Assembly: GCA_044356455.1 (NCBI GenBank)
Contig: JBIKWF010000028.1
Coordinates: 1 to 43,968 of the forward strand
Direction of reading: 5' to 3'
DNA length: 43,968 nucleotides
DNA from: Bdellovibrionota bacterium
GTDB taxonomy: Bacteria > Bdellovibrionota_C > UBA2361 > JBGSMV01
A program made the position numbers and the translations under genes. Positions 16,225 to 25,717 of the stretch are shown here, in pieces. The stretch's first letter is position 1. Each line of letters starts with the position of its first letter. The notes under the pieces were generated by a model that was not told the DNA's origin, made no database searches, and saw only the letters and a list, made by a program, of their open reading frames with translations.

Positions 16225-18717
16225 ATGTCGACACTCGCCTTACCCATCGAAGCAGTACTACCCGAGATTTCCTGTCATCTGCGCGGCTCTTCCCAACTCC
16301 TGCTACACGCAGAACCAGGCGCAGGCAAAACAACCCGCGTGCCCCTTACACTCCTTGAAGAGCCTTGGAGAAACGGTAAGAAGATTTTGATGCTGGAACC
16401 TCGTCGACTCGCGGCTCTAAGCGCCGCCGAATACATGAGCTCCCTGCGAAACGAGAATGCGGGAGCGACTATTGGATATCGTACTCGAGGCGCAACAAAA
16501 GTATCTGCGAGCACCATTCTTGAAGTAGTTACCGAAGGCATCCTCACCAGGCTCCTACTTGAAGACCCTGCTCTTTCTGATTACGCAGCGGTTATCTTCG
16601 ACGAGTTTCACGAAAGGAGTATCCACTCCGATCTTGGGCTCGCTTTTGTACTCGAGTCCCAAGGGTCTCTTCGGCCGGACCTTCGAGTCCTTGTGATGTC
16701 CGCGACTCTTGAAGTTGAAAAGCTAACCCGTCTTCTGCCGCAAGCCCGCCTTATACGCTGCCCAGGTCGCACGTTTCCCGTTGAGCTGCGCTACTCCCCC
16801 CCTACTCCACGCTCGAGTTTCGAAGATAACTTCTCCGACACCGTGGCAAATGCGCTACGAGAGACCACGGGCGATGTCCTCTGCTTTCTGCCCGGAAAGT
16901 CAGAAATTATGCGGGTAAAAGAGCGCCTCGACGGAAGAAGTTTTAGTCCATCTATCGAAGTCTTGCCCCTCGCCGGAGAGCTTGCCCTCAGCGAACAGCG
17001 CCGAGCTCTTGGACCTCTCGAATCAGGGAGACGTAAGGTTTTGCTTGCAACCTCAATTGCCGAAACAAGTCTCACTATCGATGGCATTAAAGTCGTCGTT
17101 GACGGTGGCCTCATGCGCGCACCTCGCATGGATCACGGACGGGGAATGACGGAACTCGCAACTCTGCCCGTCAGTCAGGCTTCTGCCATCCAGCGCATGG
17201 GACGGGCAGGAAGACAGGGACCGGGAATCTGCTACCGCATGTGGAGTGAATTTACTCAGCGCTCGCTTGCGCCTTTTTCCACTCCGGAAATCTTGAATGC
17301 CGACTGCACGGCTCTCCTGTTAGAAGTGGCGGCTTGGGGAGCACGGGATATTTCTGAGTTGTCCCTGATTGACCACCCTCCTCGAGAGGCGATTACTCAA
17401 GCCCAGAGAACTTTGATTGCCCTCGGCGCACTTAGTCCTGAATTCCAGATTACTGCGCATGGGAAGGATCTGGCCTCAATAGCCCTGCACCCTCGGCTTG
17501 GTCACATGGTACTTACCGCAGCAAAGCACGGCTTTGGTGAAATCGCCTGTGACCTTGCAGCACTGCTCGAGGAACGTGATGTTCTCTCCCGCGAGAAAGT
17601 CGATGTTTCTATGAGTGCGCGCTGGCACGCTCTGGACGACTACCGGGCACGCCGGGGGATAGCCGGCCGCAAGGACATTTTGGCACGAGCAGACCAGACC
17701 AGCGCGAGATTAAAGCAGCGCCTCAATCTTAAAGGCCAGGCGGACCATGCGTTTATTGGACAAGCTCTGGCGCTCGCTTTTCCTGAGTGGATAGCGAAAG
17801 GTCGAACTGAAGGGGGATGTAATTATCTCCTTGCAAATGGTTCAGGCGCTGCTCTTCCTCAAGGAAGCTACCTCGCTCGTCATAGATTCCTGGCAATCTG
17901 CGCCCTCGATGGATCAGGACCAAATGCGAGGATTCATCTTGCCGAGCCACTTTCTGAGAGCGAGCTTGAAGACATTGCAGGAACAAACCGCAAGAAACGT
18001 ACTTCTGTGATCTGGGATGAAGCATCGGGCGCAGTCAGAAGCTTCTCTGAGGACTGTCTTGGGGCCCTCGTGCTCCGCAGTAGTCCAGAGCGCGTCACTG
18101 ACGAGTATGCAATTCCGGTACTTCTTGAGAAGATCAAAGCCCTTGGAATCTCAGCTCTACCGTGGAGCAAGGAAGCGCTCAGTCTTAAAGATCGTCTCTT
18201 TTGGGCAAAAGCTAAGGGAGTACTTAGTTTGAATCTCCCGGCATTTGATGACGTGTGGCTCCTTGATAATCTTGAGACATGGCTTGCGCCGTTTCTTTCC
18301 GGCGTTCGGTCTCTTAAAGATCTTGCAAAAGTAGATCTGGAGATGGCACTCAGCAGCCAACTCACAAGAAATGACTTGCGTGATCTTGAAGCTGCGGCCC
18401 CCGCATACCTTGAGCTTCCGACGGGCACAAAGGCCTGGATTAGCTACGGTGAGCATCCCACCATTTCAGTCGCGCTACAGGAACTCTTTGGAAGCACCAA
18501 GACGCCTGCCATTGCGGGAGGTAAAGTCCCGCTCACTATCGAGCTTCTTTCTCCGGCAAAGCGTCCGCTTCAGGTCACCAAGGATCTGATTTCATTTTGG
18601 GACACGACTTACCCAAAGCTACGCTCAGAAATGAGGGCGAAGTATCCGCGCCATGAGTGGCCAGAAAATCCGAGAGAGGCTCCGCCGTCCAGGGGCCGCA
18701 AGCCTCGGAAGAGGTAG
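16225..18717 (+). CDS. hrpB: ATP-dependent RNA helicase HrpB
   Basis: AEPGAGKTTRVP, LEPRRLAA, DEFHERS, MSATL, FLPG, ATSIAETSLTIDGI, QRMGRAGR, and C-terminal LLSPA.RP.QVT.DL..FW...Y...R..MR.KYPRH.WP. Confidence 0.95.
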   Translation: MSTLALPIEAVLPEISCHLRGSSQLLLHAEPGAGKTTRVPLTLLEEPWRNGKKILMLEPRRLAALSAAEYMSSLRNENAGATIGYRTRGATKVSASTILEVVTEGILTRLLLEDPALSDYAAVIFDEFHERSIHSDLGLAFVLESQGSLRPDLRVLVMSATLEVEKLTRLLPQARLIRCPGRTFPVELRYSPPTPRSSFEDNFSDTVANALRETTGDVLCFLPGKSEIMRVKERLDGRSFSPSIEVLPLAGELALSEQRRALGPLESGRRKVLLATSIAETSLTIDGIKVVVDGGLMRAPRMDHGRGMTELATLPVSQASAIQRMGRAGRQGPGICYRMWSEFTQRSLAPFSTPEILNADCTALLLEVAAWGARDISELSLIDHPPREAITQAQRTLIALGALSPEFQITAHGKDLASIALHPRLGHMVLTAAKHGFGEIACDLAALLEERDVLSREKVDVSMSARWHALDDYRARRGIAGRKDILARADQTSARLKQRLNLKGQADHAFIGQALALAFPEWIAKGRTEGGCNYLLANGSGAALPQGSYLARHRFLAICALDGSGPNARIHLAEPLSESELEDIAGTNRKKRTSVIWDEASGAVRSFSEDCLGALVLRSSPERVTDEYAIPVLLEKIKALGISALPWSKEALSLKDRLFWAKAKGVLSLNLPAFDDVWLLDNLETWLAPFLSGVRSLKDLAKVDLEMALSSQLTRNDLRDLEAAAPAYLELPTGTKAWISYGEHPTISVALQELFGSTKTPAIAGGKVPLTIELLSPAKRPLQVTKDLISFWDTTYPKLRSEMRAKYPRHEWPENPREAPPSRGRKPRKR

Positions 18718-18777
18718 GGCGCCGCGTCCTCGCGGTGCCGCATGATCTCTCGGCGCCCCGAGGACAGGGCGCCCTAC
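18714..18777. repeat. GTAG-type REP doublet (REPIN) overlapping the hrpB stop codon
   Basis: GTAGGGCGCCGCGTCCTCGCGGTGCCG...CGGCGCCCCGAGGACAGGGCGCCCTAC. Confidence 0.8.
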
Positions 18778-18947
18778 CAGGGCTTTTCTGGTGAGTCGAA
18801 TGCTTCGACGTTGGACACCCACCAACTAAGTGTAGTGTTACCCTACGAAAACCTCCTTAAGTTCAATAGCTTACGTGCCTAGAACGGGCCCTTTTATACC
18901 CTCTGCCTTAAGTCATATCTCCTCGGAATTCCTTCATATTTCATTCT

Positions 18948-21200
18948 ATGTCCTTCGGATCAGACATGGGAAGATTAGCTCCTCAACGCGAGGCAGCTCA
19001 AAGCACCCCTGCGCGTGAGGAGCTCCTTGTCCCCGCAGCCGAGCCAAAGGCGACCGCTCCTGAACCAGTAAAGCCTCCCACCGCACCCGACCCACTTTCT
19101 CAGCCGCCAGGGATGCAGCTGCAAACACCACCGCCTGCACCGATTCAAACACCGCAAGACCTACAGGCAACAACTCAAAGCAACGCACTCAAAGCCTTAG
19201 CCAAGGATTTTGATAATACCTCTGCCCTTATGGCAGCTGCCGAGCGCAGCGCTACGCAGCGTATTCGGGAAGAAGCAAAAATTCAGGAACTACCAACAAC
19301 AGTTCACATAAGAGTAGAAGAAGTTCGCACTCCTAAAGTAGATATCTCGATGCTCGTAGTCGTAACTACGGAAACCACAAAAGCGAAAGTTGCTGCCTTA
19401 GCGCACGACGCAAAGCATCAAGAAGAGCGCCCCTCCCCTCTTTTCTCACGCCCTTCCGAAAAACCGGAAAAGGATTCTAAAGTTCAGGAGCCGCAAAAAT
19501 CTGCAATTCTTGAACCTAAACCAAACGAGCTAAAGCCTCTGGCAGAGCAGCGTCCGTTTGAGAATCGCGAAAGGCCCCTTGGACTTGTTCAAGAGAAGCC
19601 GCCCCCCGACAAGGCTCTTGAAGCAGTGCGGGATAGTAAGCAGGAAAGAGTCACGAACGTAGACGGCATCAAACGCGTGGGGGAACAAACTCCCCTCGCA
19701 CCTCCGCCGCAGCCTCAACCACTTTCTCCCTCGCTCTCTCCCGCTCCGGCCACTGCAAATTCAGCGCCGCATGTAAGTTCACCGGCCGCTTTATCGCAGC
19801 CTACCTTGAAGATTCCCGAGCGTCAGAGCGAATTACCATCTCAGCCACAATCTAATAAGGTAGCAGCCGAATCTGCTGCTCAGGCAAAGGCGCAGGTCGT
19901 AGAGAAGAGCATGCCTGCTCCCAGCACGCGCATCGAAGTCATTCGAGTCGAATCCCCCGCAGAACATCGGCCAGCGGCGGCAGGAGCGCCTCGACAGAGC
20001 GCCGAGATTTCACCTCGGGCGTCTGAAACCACCACGCGCGTAGTTCTGCGCGCGCCCAGTACTGGGGTAGCGAGCAGTCCAATAGAGGTCGTATACCGAT
20101 TTGTCGCGGCGGTCCGTGAGCGATTTGCTCCATCTCCCGAAATTAACCAGGTACGACATCCAAGTACGCCTCGAAGCGCATCTGCTCCTGATTCCAGAAT
20201 AGTCGTCCATGCAGGCAGTGGGGAGGCAAGAAGTCAGAATACTTTGGGGCCTACCGGCACCACCTTGCCACGCTCAGAGCGCATACTGACGGGGACAGGT
20301 ACAGTTCATGCCCAACCACGATCTCACGTTGAGACCGCTCCAAGGCCCCCTTCTTCACGGGGTGTGACCCCAACCGCCTTAGGACGAGAGGCGCAACCTC
20401 GCCTACAAGATCGCGCTACTCGAGACATTGCTCTCCCCAGAACAGGAGCTGCCACCTCCGTGTCTCGCGCTTCCTCTGAACGAGCAATAAAAGTACAAGC
20501 GTCTCACCAGCATACAGAGCGCAAGCAATCTCAGGCAGAAGCGCGAAGAACTGTTGATATTCTTCGTCAAGAGAAGACTACTATCGCAGGCACCCGAATA
20601 ACGAGAGTCGTCAGAAGTGGGCAGGTGCCTATAAGAGCAGGGTCATTACGAGAGCGTCTTGTTGACAAGCTACGCTTTAGCGATGGCACGCCTGTAGAAA
20701 AAGTGGTGCGCGAAGTCGCTCGCGCGGTGAAAAATCTCTTCCAGCCCCTCGCCGCAGATTCGGAGATTGCTCCAGTCGTAACGAAGGAAAGCGATTTCGA
20801 AGAAACGCCCAAAGAGCACCAAGAAATGATTCTCGAACCCGAACATGAGCGCGAAGAGGGAATGGAAACAGAGCACATGATTCCCCAAAATCTAGAAAAA
20901 GAGCGCTTCCCCAAGCTCGATCCGCTCAAGGATGAACCGATTGCTATCTACACTATTCGTGGAAACGTTTTTGATAATGACTCCGGCAAGCCGCAAGCAG
21001 GCGTGGTAATTCGAAGCGGATTGCTCGGCACCACTACAACAGACGGAAACGGGAATTATAGCTTTGAGAACGTACCAGAAGGCACCTTTTTTATTATCAC
21101 TGCCCATGCGAGAGGAGTGAGGTTTCACCCCGGATTTGCGAGTGGTACCGTGAGTGGTCACACGACTCGTGATTTTCGTGCGATAGTTCTGAGTCACTAA
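18948..21200 (+). CDS. Long P/A/E/S/R-rich protein with a C-terminal carboxypeptidase-regulatory-like (transthyretin-fold) domain
   Basis: 750 aa. C-terminal YTIRGNVFDNDSGKPQAGVVI...TTTDGNGNYSFENVPEG fits that fold; no signal peptide is evident. Confidence 0.7.
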   Translation: MSFGSDMGRLAPQREAAQSTPAREELLVPAAEPKATAPEPVKPPTAPDPLSQPPGMQLQTPPPAPIQTPQDLQATTQSNALKALAKDFDNTSALMAAAERSATQRIREEAKIQELPTTVHIRVEEVRTPKVDISMLVVVTTETTKAKVAALAHDAKHQEERPSPLFSRPSEKPEKDSKVQEPQKSAILEPKPNELKPLAEQRPFENRERPLGLVQEKPPPDKALEAVRDSKQERVTNVDGIKRVGEQTPLAPPPQPQPLSPSLSPAPATANSAPHVSSPAALSQPTLKIPERQSELPSQPQSNKVAAESAAQAKAQVVEKSMPAPSTRIEVIRVESPAEHRPAAAGAPRQSAEISPRASETTTRVVLRAPSTGVASSPIEVVYRFVAAVRERFAPSPEINQVRHPSTPRSASAPDSRIVVHAGSGEARSQNTLGPTGTTLPRSERILTGTGTVHAQPRSHVETAPRPPSSRGVTPTALGREAQPRLQDRATRDIALPRTGAATSVSRASSERAIKVQASHQHTERKQSQAEARRTVDILRQEKTTIAGTRITRVVRSGQVPIRAGSLRERLVDKLRFSDGTPVEKVVREVARAVKNLFQPLAADSEIAPVVTKESDFEETPKEHQEMILEPEHEREEGMETEHMIPQNLEKERFPKLDPLKDEPIAIYTIRGNVFDNDSGKPQAGVVIRSGLLGTTTTDGNGNYSFENVPEGTFFIITAHARGVRFHPGFASGTVSGHTTRDFRAIVLSH

Positions 21201-21351
21201 GCTGCAAGAGGCGCGCCTTGGTCTTACAGCCAGTGCCCGGGGTTTTGTGAGCTATCGCTTATAATGCCCCTACATTGAGTGGAAGACCAAATCTAGACTT
21301 CTGCAACTAAGCTAAGGGACCTCCGAAAAGCACCACTATTCTATTTTCACT

Positions 21352-21424
21352 CTCTGTGAACTCTGTGTCCTCTGTGGTTTTTCAACAATTTAAATCAACC
21401 ACAGAGGGCACAGAGTTCACAGAG
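21352..21424. repeat. 9-nt-unit palindromic repeat, outward-facing type
   Basis: ctctgtgaactctgtgtcctctgtggtt (21352-21379) and aaccacagagggcacagagttcacagag (21397-21424): 28-bp IR with 1 mismatch and an AT-rich spacer. Confidence 0.9.
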
Positions 21425-21433
21425 CTGACTTTT

Positions 21434-22297
21434 TCAGAGATTCGCTAACTTCCTCTCGGGAAACATCCTTTCCGGTCCAAAGTATTCTAGAAATTTACGC
21501 GCCAGCTGCTTTGCTCGCTTTGGATTCTCTTCAAGCTTCACCGAGAACTTCGCTTTACGATAAAGAAGCTCTGTAATTCTCTCTACACGAATTTCGCGGG
21601 CAGAGTTCATCGAAGCATAAAGAGCCTCAAGTTCACGGTTGTGCTTGGGCTCTATAGTAATAGAGAAGACATAGTCCCCAATTACGCTAAGGTAAGTATT
21701 CATGTCGTCAGCAAAGGGACCGCGGGCAAATGAATACCTAATAACTTCCTTGGGCCACGCAGGAACATAGAGCCTGTCAAGATACGTGTTTCCGCCAATA
21801 ATTTTTGAAATGCGCCACGCATTACGCTTAAGCACTCTGTGGAAAGCGAGTTGCTTATCATGGTGAATAAGATGCACCCAAGGGTGAGGCTCCCACTCAT
21901 ACATGAGATCCTGCTTTGTCTGCTTAAAGAGCGCAGTCTTGGTATGCACCCAAAAATTTGAGACTCGGCAGAAATCGGAGCACTTCCAGGTCTTGCGTTT
22001 CACTAAGTCAGGAAGGATTGTGCTCAGGGGCGCTTTTGCTACGTACTGGTCATGAATCACATCCCCTAAGTTCACGAAATCGAGCGCCCACGCCATAGAA
22101 AGACTGTATTCGCGCTTTAGTCGCACCACGACCCCTACGCGCTGCAGTTTGTGAAGCTCTTTAAAGATGGCTTGTGCGGAATATCTTTTGAAGTCTTTCG
22201 CTATGGCCTGGCGAATCTGTTCGGCACTCATTCCCGGGTCATGCGCCAGAACTTTTACAATAAGCTCTTCAAGAGATTCATTCGTTTGCAATAACAT
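21434..22297 (-). CDS. Putative winged-helix transcriptional regulator with an unknown C-terminal domain
   Basis: LIVKVLAHDPGMSAEQIRQAI...YSAQAIFKELHKLQRVGVV..KREYSL is a wHTH pattern. ATG at 22297; the ORF track starts at 22330. Confidence 0.65.
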   Translation of the reverse strand: MLLQTNESLEELIVKVLAHDPGMSAEQIRQAIAKDFKRYSAQAIFKELHKLQRVGVVVRLKREYSLSMAWALDFVNLGDVIHDQYVAKAPLSTILPDLVKRKTWKCSDFCRVSNFWVHTKTALFKQTKQDLMYEWEPHPWVHLIHHDKQLAFHRVLKRNAWRISKIIGGNTYLDRLYVPAWPKEVIRYSFARGPFADDMNTYLSVIGDYVFSITIEPKHNRELEALYASMNSAREIRVERITELLYRKAKFSVKLEENPKRAKQLARKFLEYFGPERMFPERKLANL

Positions 22298-22521
22298 TTG
22301 TGATTCCTCGCTGTGCGCCTTTCCCCGCAATATCTTTCCACGTACGGTATCTCATCTTAGCGGGTTATTTCATCCCCTTACTACTCAACCAGAAGTAGAT
22401 AAATCGACTATTTTGACCTCTTTCTGAGCATGCAGGCTCATTCCCTCTTACACTCCAAATACTTTGTTGGGGTAGAAGGTGTTTCTCATTCAAAAGGTTC
22501 GTTGAACCAGAAAGGTTTTCT

Positions 22522-23031
22522 ATGCGTTCAGTGAAAGAATGGCTCGAGGATGTGCTGAGAGTGGCATCTGGTGTGAGGACTGCACTTTGGGTTGCTCCTG
22601 GTGCCATCCCTCTGGTGAGCTTCTCAGAAGCCACTACAAGCTCCGTCTGGAACCTGCTTCTTGGGTTCTTCTCAGTCCTGGCAATCGTCGCAGGTCTTGT
22701 GATCTCTCTGAGGAGAAATGGACAAGTTCTAAAGGCGGTCAGGCGCGAGCTGAGCACCAATCGCCGCATCTCCTTGGAACAGCTGGAAACGGTGGCCTCT
22801 GAGGCATGTGCACTCTCAAGGATGACGGGACTGTTCACCCTGGGAGTGCTCGCCCTCTCAGCACACGCCACTACCAAATCCTTTGGGAGCGGCACTAGTT
22901 GGCTGGCATTCACGGGAGCAGGCTTGTCCGTCGCAGCGCTCTTTGTCGCCTGGTCACTCTCGGCATGGATCAAGCGGGTCCTTCTTGAGCTTTGCTACGG
23001 CAAAGATTTCGGAGGAGCACACCCTGAGTAG
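22522..23031 (+). CDS. Hypothetical membrane protein (3-4 TM segments)
   Basis: GAAAGG upstream of the ATG and clear hydrophobic stretches. Confidence 0.55.
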   Translation: MRSVKEWLEDVLRVASGVRTALWVAPGAIPLVSFSEATTSSVWNLLLGFFSVLAIVAGLVISLRRNGQVLKAVRRELSTNRRISLEQLETVASEACALSRMTGLFTLGVLALSAHATTKSFGSGTSWLAFTGAGLSVAALFVAWSLSAWIKRVLLELCYGKDFGGAHPE

Positions 23032-23166
23032 GTCTACTAAAGCTGATACTCCAATCGACCCACCAGACTTCGCAGTGCAGTGCGAACGTCTGGCGAGAAA
23101 GGAGGTTTTTTGAAAGGTTGGGGATGAGAAAACACCTTCGCCCCAACCACTTATGGAGAAACAGAT

Positions 23167-23952
23167 ATGAAATTTCCGATGTATATAGTTGATGCTTTCA
23201 CAAGTCAGGTCTTCTCCGGGAATCAGGCCGCGGTCATCCTCCTTAAGGAATGGCTTCCCGACAATGTTTTACAGAAAATCGCGGCCGAGAATAATCTCTC
23301 AGAAACTGCCTTCATAAAGGGCGAAGAGTCAAAGTATGAGATTAGGTGGATGACGCCCACGACTGAAATCGATTTATGCGGTCACGCCACGCTTGCCTCC
23401 GCTCATATCCTCATGCATGAGCTCAGATCCACGGAGGCCCAAATCTCCTTTCAGTCCAAGAGCGGCATGCTTGGGGTAAGCCGAGGAAGCGGGGGGTTGC
23501 TGACTCTCGACTTCCCCTCGCGGCCAGGAGAGAAGCTCTCTGAGGCTCCAGTCGGCTTACTTCGCGGCCTGCGTTCCACGCCCTTGGAAATTTATCGATC
23601 GCGAGATGTAATGGCCGTCTTTGAAACTGAGGATGAAATTCGAGCACTGGCTCCCGACTTTGACGCTTTGAGAGAAGTTGATGCCACTGGAATCATCGCA
23701 ACGGCGCCTGGAAATAAGGTGGACTTTGTTTCACGCTTTTTCGGACCTCGCATTGGTATTCTTGAAGATCCGGTTACCGGAGCCTCTCATTGCACGCTTA
23801 CCCCGTATTGGGCTAAGCGACTAAAGAAGAACACTCTTCACGCTGCTCAGCTTTCTGCTCGAGGAGGTGAACTATTCCTAAATCTTAAAGAAGACCGAGT
23901 TGAGATAAGTGGGCATGCTACTGTCTATCTTCGAGGCGAGATTGAGATCTGA
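23167..23952 (+). CDS. PhzF-family epimerase/isomerase
   Basis: VDAFT...GNQAAV, NLSETAF, EIDLCGHATLA, SRFFGP..GILEDPVTGASH, QLSARGG. Confidence 0.92.
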   Translation: MKFPMYIVDAFTSQVFSGNQAAVILLKEWLPDNVLQKIAAENNLSETAFIKGEESKYEIRWMTPTTEIDLCGHATLASAHILMHELRSTEAQISFQSKSGMLGVSRGSGGLLTLDFPSRPGEKLSEAPVGLLRGLRSTPLEIYRSRDVMAVFETEDEIRALAPDFDALREVDATGIIATAPGNKVDFVSRFFGPRIGILEDPVTGASHCTLTPYWAKRLKKNTLHAAQLSARGGELFLNLKEDRVEISGHATVYLRGEIEI

Positions 23953-24019
23953 GGAATGGGTGAGACATCTCTGCACTACACGAATGAGTCCATTCTTTAG
24001 ATGAGAGAACATTGATTTT

Positions 24020-24949
24020 CTACAAAAGAGCGGCAGCGGCTGCTGCGCCAGGCAGTAACTCGCTTGCGCGAGCAATTGGTAGGACGTTAACGGAAGTATC
24101 CTTACCCGGTGAGAAAAAGAACATATCGAATATGACTGACTGACGCTGCGTATTGACGTGACTCGGATATCCAGGAAGTACCGGCACAAGAGCGGTTAAC
24201 CCATGCTGGGCGAATGCTTCATTTAAAACATGAGGTTCCGCATTCATATCGCCACAGAGCAGACAGGGCACATGGAATTCGCCTCTTTCTCGCAGTGCGC
24301 GTGCAAGCTCGGCGCGCGCGGAGCCCCCTTCTGGGCCTCCTGGTATATGAGTAGTAACAAGAGAAAATAACTTAGTCCCGAAACGAAACTGCGCCTTAAA
24401 GATAAAATTCCCGCGTGTGTACCTAGAAATCTCCAGTCCCTCGCCCGCTAACTCCACACGAGCCTTATTAAAAATGATAAGGCCTTCGTCCCTTTTAGGC
24501 GAGTCAGCCTCAGGAGCCACTCCAAAACTTCGCCCTTCTAAAGTTCCGATGCGCGTAGCAAGAGCTTTCGCAAAGAGAGTGCTGCACTCCTGCAGGCATA
24601 GAACGTCAACGTCCCCAGCAAGCATAAAAAGTACTTCCTTAAGGAGGATTTCATCTCGCTGGGTAAGCCCCTCTGCGCTTGGCACATGCAATTCAGTGAT
24701 AAGGCTTCCCAAAAGTCCCTGAGAATTGGACTCGATGTAGTGCAGGTGCTCAGTATTAAGCATATTCCAGCTGACGCACCTTAGCCGGTCCTCTCCAAAG
24801 TAAAGGTCTGCACCTACGGGAAGATGATCAGAGGGAAAGCGCCACTTGGCGCCAAGCTCGCCGACATTTCTTGATTGAAGCATAGGTAAGTTGAGTTCTT
24901 CCCGCGGGTCACTCTTCAAAGGAGAATCTTTTTGCGAGAATGGGAACAT
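24020..24949 (-). CDS. Endonuclease/exonuclease/phosphatase (EEP) family protein, circularly permuted
   Basis: SWNML, LCLQEC, THIPG, CGDMN and IFDMFF motifs; PSDHLPV sits at the N-terminus. Confidence 0.8.
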   Translation of the reverse strand: MFPFSQKDSPLKSDPREELNLPMLQSRNVGELGAKWRFPSDHLPVGADLYFGEDRLRCVSWNMLNTEHLHYIESNSQGLLGSLITELHVPSAEGLTQRDEILLKEVLFMLAGDVDVLCLQECSTLFAKALATRIGTLEGRSFGVAPEADSPKRDEGLIIFNKARVELAGEGLEISRYTRGNFIFKAQFRFGTKLFSLVTTHIPGGPEGGSARAELARALRERGEFHVPCLLCGDMNAEPHVLNEAFAQHGLTALVPVLPGYPSHVNTQRQSVIFDMFFFSPGKDTSVNVLPIARASELLPGAAAAAALL

Positions 24950-25199
24950 GTAGAAATCATACTGGAAGTCCGGTCCCTACTCCCAAGAAATTCAGCTTAT
25001 ACTTTCAGATCAGGAAACAGCCCATGGCTTGGAATATCTCAAGGATATTCGCATGATATTATAGCAACTTAGCCTCACCACAGGCCACCTTCAATTTTCT
25101 TGTCACTTCTGAGGAAACTTTTTCTCTAAATCCTCGAATACGTGAGGGAGCACAAAAGCAATCACGGCTGAGTCCTATACCTAACCTCATGGAGCAATC

Positions 25200-25694
25200 A
25201 TGGCCACAGATCCAATTCAAGGAGCACGTTACCCTTTTCCACAGCAGAATGACTCAGTCTCCTCCCCTTTGGTGGGACGCTACTGCGCGAACGATAACGT
25301 GATTAATTCGGTCGTTGTCCCAAATTTTGAAGAAGCTCTTCCCGCTCAAGGCAGCATCGGGAGCAAGATCATTAACCATCTTACGAATGCCTACGATCTT
25401 GTAGGAACTATTCAAACGGAACTATGCGACAATGGCCGCATCACTGGGCAATCGGCGCGAGAACTGGCTGGAGTTGCTGCACGCAGCGTTACCTCAGCGG
25501 CAGTAGTTTATGGAACCGGGGCCCTTGTTGCCATCGGCGCAGTAGCAAGCGGGCCCTTGGCGGCTGCAGGCGCACTCGCCGCAGGAGCTACGGCACTCGT
25601 CTTTGGTCCACCAGCCGCAGAGCGCGCAGTGAACTGGGGACTCACACAATTGGGGAATGTCTTTGGTGCGGTTAGACTGCGGGGTGAGAAGTAG
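25200..25694 (+). CDS. Hypothetical protein with a G/A-rich hydrophobic hairpin (glycine-zipper-like)
   Basis: GGAG SD upstream; long GA-rich stretch AVVYGTGALVAIGAVASGPLAAAGALAAGATALVFG. Confidence 0.7.
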   Translation: MATDPIQGARYPFPQQNDSVSSPLVGRYCANDNVINSVVVPNFEEALPAQGSIGSKIINHLTNAYDLVGTIQTELCDNGRITGQSARELAGVAARSVTSAAVVYGTGALVAIGAVASGPLAAAGALAAGATALVFGPPAAERAVNWGLTQLGNVFGAVRLRGEK

Positions 25695-25717
25695 CCGTCG
25701 CAGGCTGTTTCCTTGTA

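Noticed and set aside
22365..22973. 202-aa minus-strand ORF
   Set aside because: Overlaps 22522..23031, which has an SD and TM segments; this frame looks like shadow sequence, though I cannot fully exclude it
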